NCBI GenBank assembly: GCA_012295275.1
Contig: CM022671.1
Coordinates: forward strand, 30,876,001-30,940,000
From: Chrysomallon squamiferum
Taxonomy: Eukaryota; Animalia; Mollusca
Length of the DNA stretch: 64,000 nucleotides
Direction of reading: 5' to 3'
Part shown: positions 62,422 through 64,000 of the stretch, piece after piece
Layout: each line of letters opens with the position of its first letter
Numbering within the stretch: position 1 is the first letter of the stretch
Program-made: the position numbers and the translations under genes
The notes under the pieces: generated by a model
Databases searched by the model: none
What the model was told of the DNA's origin: nothing
Seen by the model: the letters and a program-made list of their open reading frames with translations, nothing else

Positions 62422-62524
62422 CTGGACGCCGCCATTTTTCTGTAACCGGTCGTGGGATATAGAGCGGAGCGGTTTGCTTTACATTTCTTTTTGTTTTGTG
62501 AGAGAACAAATTACAGTCCTCTGC
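62422..62524. promoter_or_regulatory. Probable bidirectional promoter between the SR-like gene (-) and the C12orf56-like gene (+)
   Basis: Local CpG/GC patch with YY1-type motif CCGCCATTTT (62429-62438). Minus-strand donor CAG|GTATTT at 62422/62421 and plus-strand donor GC|GTAAGC at 62524/62525 face outward ~100 bp apart. Confidence 0.55.
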
Positions 62525-63112
62525 GTAAGCGAAGACGTTACAGATCTGACTCGGTAAAACAGAAGAGAAAAAAAGATTCCTATATATACAAAATTATTTT
62601 ATAGTTTTGAGTATATTATCTTTAGTTAAAGTACGGAGCTGTCATTTACCGTTGAAACGTTAAATTTCTAATCTAAAAAAAAAATAAAAAAAAAAAAATT
62701 AAAATAATAATATATATATATATATATACATACATACATAAGGCTTAATTCGATTAATCGTTAATTATGGTTCATTAAGTCTTTGGAGAGAGAGAAAAAA
62801 AAATGTGTCGGAAATAGTAGTCATTAGAGATGCGCATTATTAAAGTACGCTAGATATTTACTAACACTGAGTATATTATTTAACAATGAAATTATTTTAT
62901 GTGCTTGTTACTTTATTATTTCATTGGTAGTGTCGATGTTCTGCAAAACAGTATATTTACTCCGCACCCGTTTAATATTTGAATCCTAATTATACATAAA
63001 ACCGACAGGTCAACGGTAGCTATCGTGTGTGTTTACAAATGGAAGCCCGCAAGAGATGAAAGAAGCGATGCGAATATTCAAATGTATCTTGCGGATCGAG
63101 AAAACAGTATGA

Positions 63113-63361
63113 ATGGCGCGAGGAATTTCAGATTTACTTTTGAAAAAGAACTCCAAATTAGAAAGTTATCTCAAGCGATCTGTTTCGGAGGAAACTTACG
63201 AAAGAATCCGCGCCTATGAATCGTGTATCATTATTTCAGAAAAAGAAAATAAGACGTTCAAGTATGTTGTTCTTGGAGATGAATGGATTTATCTCACAGA
63301 AAATCCACCCAAGACAATCCAGCAGGTGGTGAATCTGGGAGACATTGTTGACGTCGACCTG
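63113..63361 (+). CDS. C12orf56: C12orf56-like (DUF4551-type) protein, first coding exon; gene continues beyond window
   Basis: MARGISDLLLKKNSKLESYLKR...YERIRAYESCIIISEKENKTFKYVVLGDEWIYLTENPPKTIQQVVNLGDIVDVDL, then a phase-0 GT donor. Recognised from memory by the NS.L..(F/Y)L.R, VRAYE.CI, KYVVL and YLTENPPK motifs of human C12orf56. Confidence 0.85.
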
Positions 63362-64000
63362 GTTGGTATATTTTAAAATTTTAAATTCTTTTGCAAAAAT
63401 ATTGTTTTTGTTGTTTTTTTTTCCCATAAAAGAAAGCCATGCGTCTGCAATTTTGCGGAAAGAGGCGCAGTATGGGTTACTCTTGCAAAGTAATTTAGTT
63501 TATTTTCTTTGTAATGGGAAAGTTGCAACAAAGAATAATAAATAAAATTTATAGGTAAAGAAGAGAACATAATAAACTAAATTTTGAAACAACACATTAT
63601 TTATTCTAGTCTGTATATAGAGAGAGAGAGAGTAAAAAAAATAAAAATAATAATAATAATAATAAAATTAAAAAAATATTATTACAAAAATAAAATCTTA
63701 TAACATATTAATTTTTTGTAATACTGAGCATATGTAATATTAATTTGGCAATGTTTTCCATTTTTATAACTAAATCTTTATTACTTGTAACTTCATAAGA
63801 TGTCTTCGTTCATATTTTCTATTAACAATATTTTAAAGGGTAAAATCTGTTTTTATCTTAGCATCAGAATTTGTGTGCTTTGACTTTTTAAAGTCTGTTC
63901 TGATTAAAAATAAATCTGCATAAATAATTTATGATATCAGAATTAAAATGTTTATACTGATCCATGAAAGACTGCTGCAGTTAATATTTTACTGTTATTG

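Overview
Eukaryotic (animal) genomic DNA. It is AT-rich and full of microsatellites, with GT-AG introns. The very Cys-rich caveolin and overall style suggest a lophotrochozoan, probably a mollusc (inference only). Most ORFs in the supplied track are microsatellite artefacts. Splicing exons by hand gives nine protein-coding loci: UNC93A-like MFS protein (+, 3 coding exons); a matrix metalloproteinase with a probable GPI signal (+, 12 exons); an 11-finger C2H2/C2HC zinc-finger gene (-); an uncharacterised MGGCCSC-starting protein (-, 5 exons); an RSKR/SGK494-like kinase (-, 13 exons); a divergent caveolin and a canonical caveolin in tandem (+); an SRSF3/7-like RRM-RS protein with an uninterrupted CDS (-); and the first coding exon of a C12orf56-like gene (+, truncated by the window end). 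Also present: two copies of a tRNA-derived SINE flanking the UNC93A gene, a 36/37-bp minisatellite and an intronic foldback. The most unusual signal is the 5' part of the zinc-finger gene. Three coding-looking ORFs are chained in shifted frames, each ending at an A-run next to a stop codon. This could be recoding, decay into uORFs, or homopolymer assembly error.
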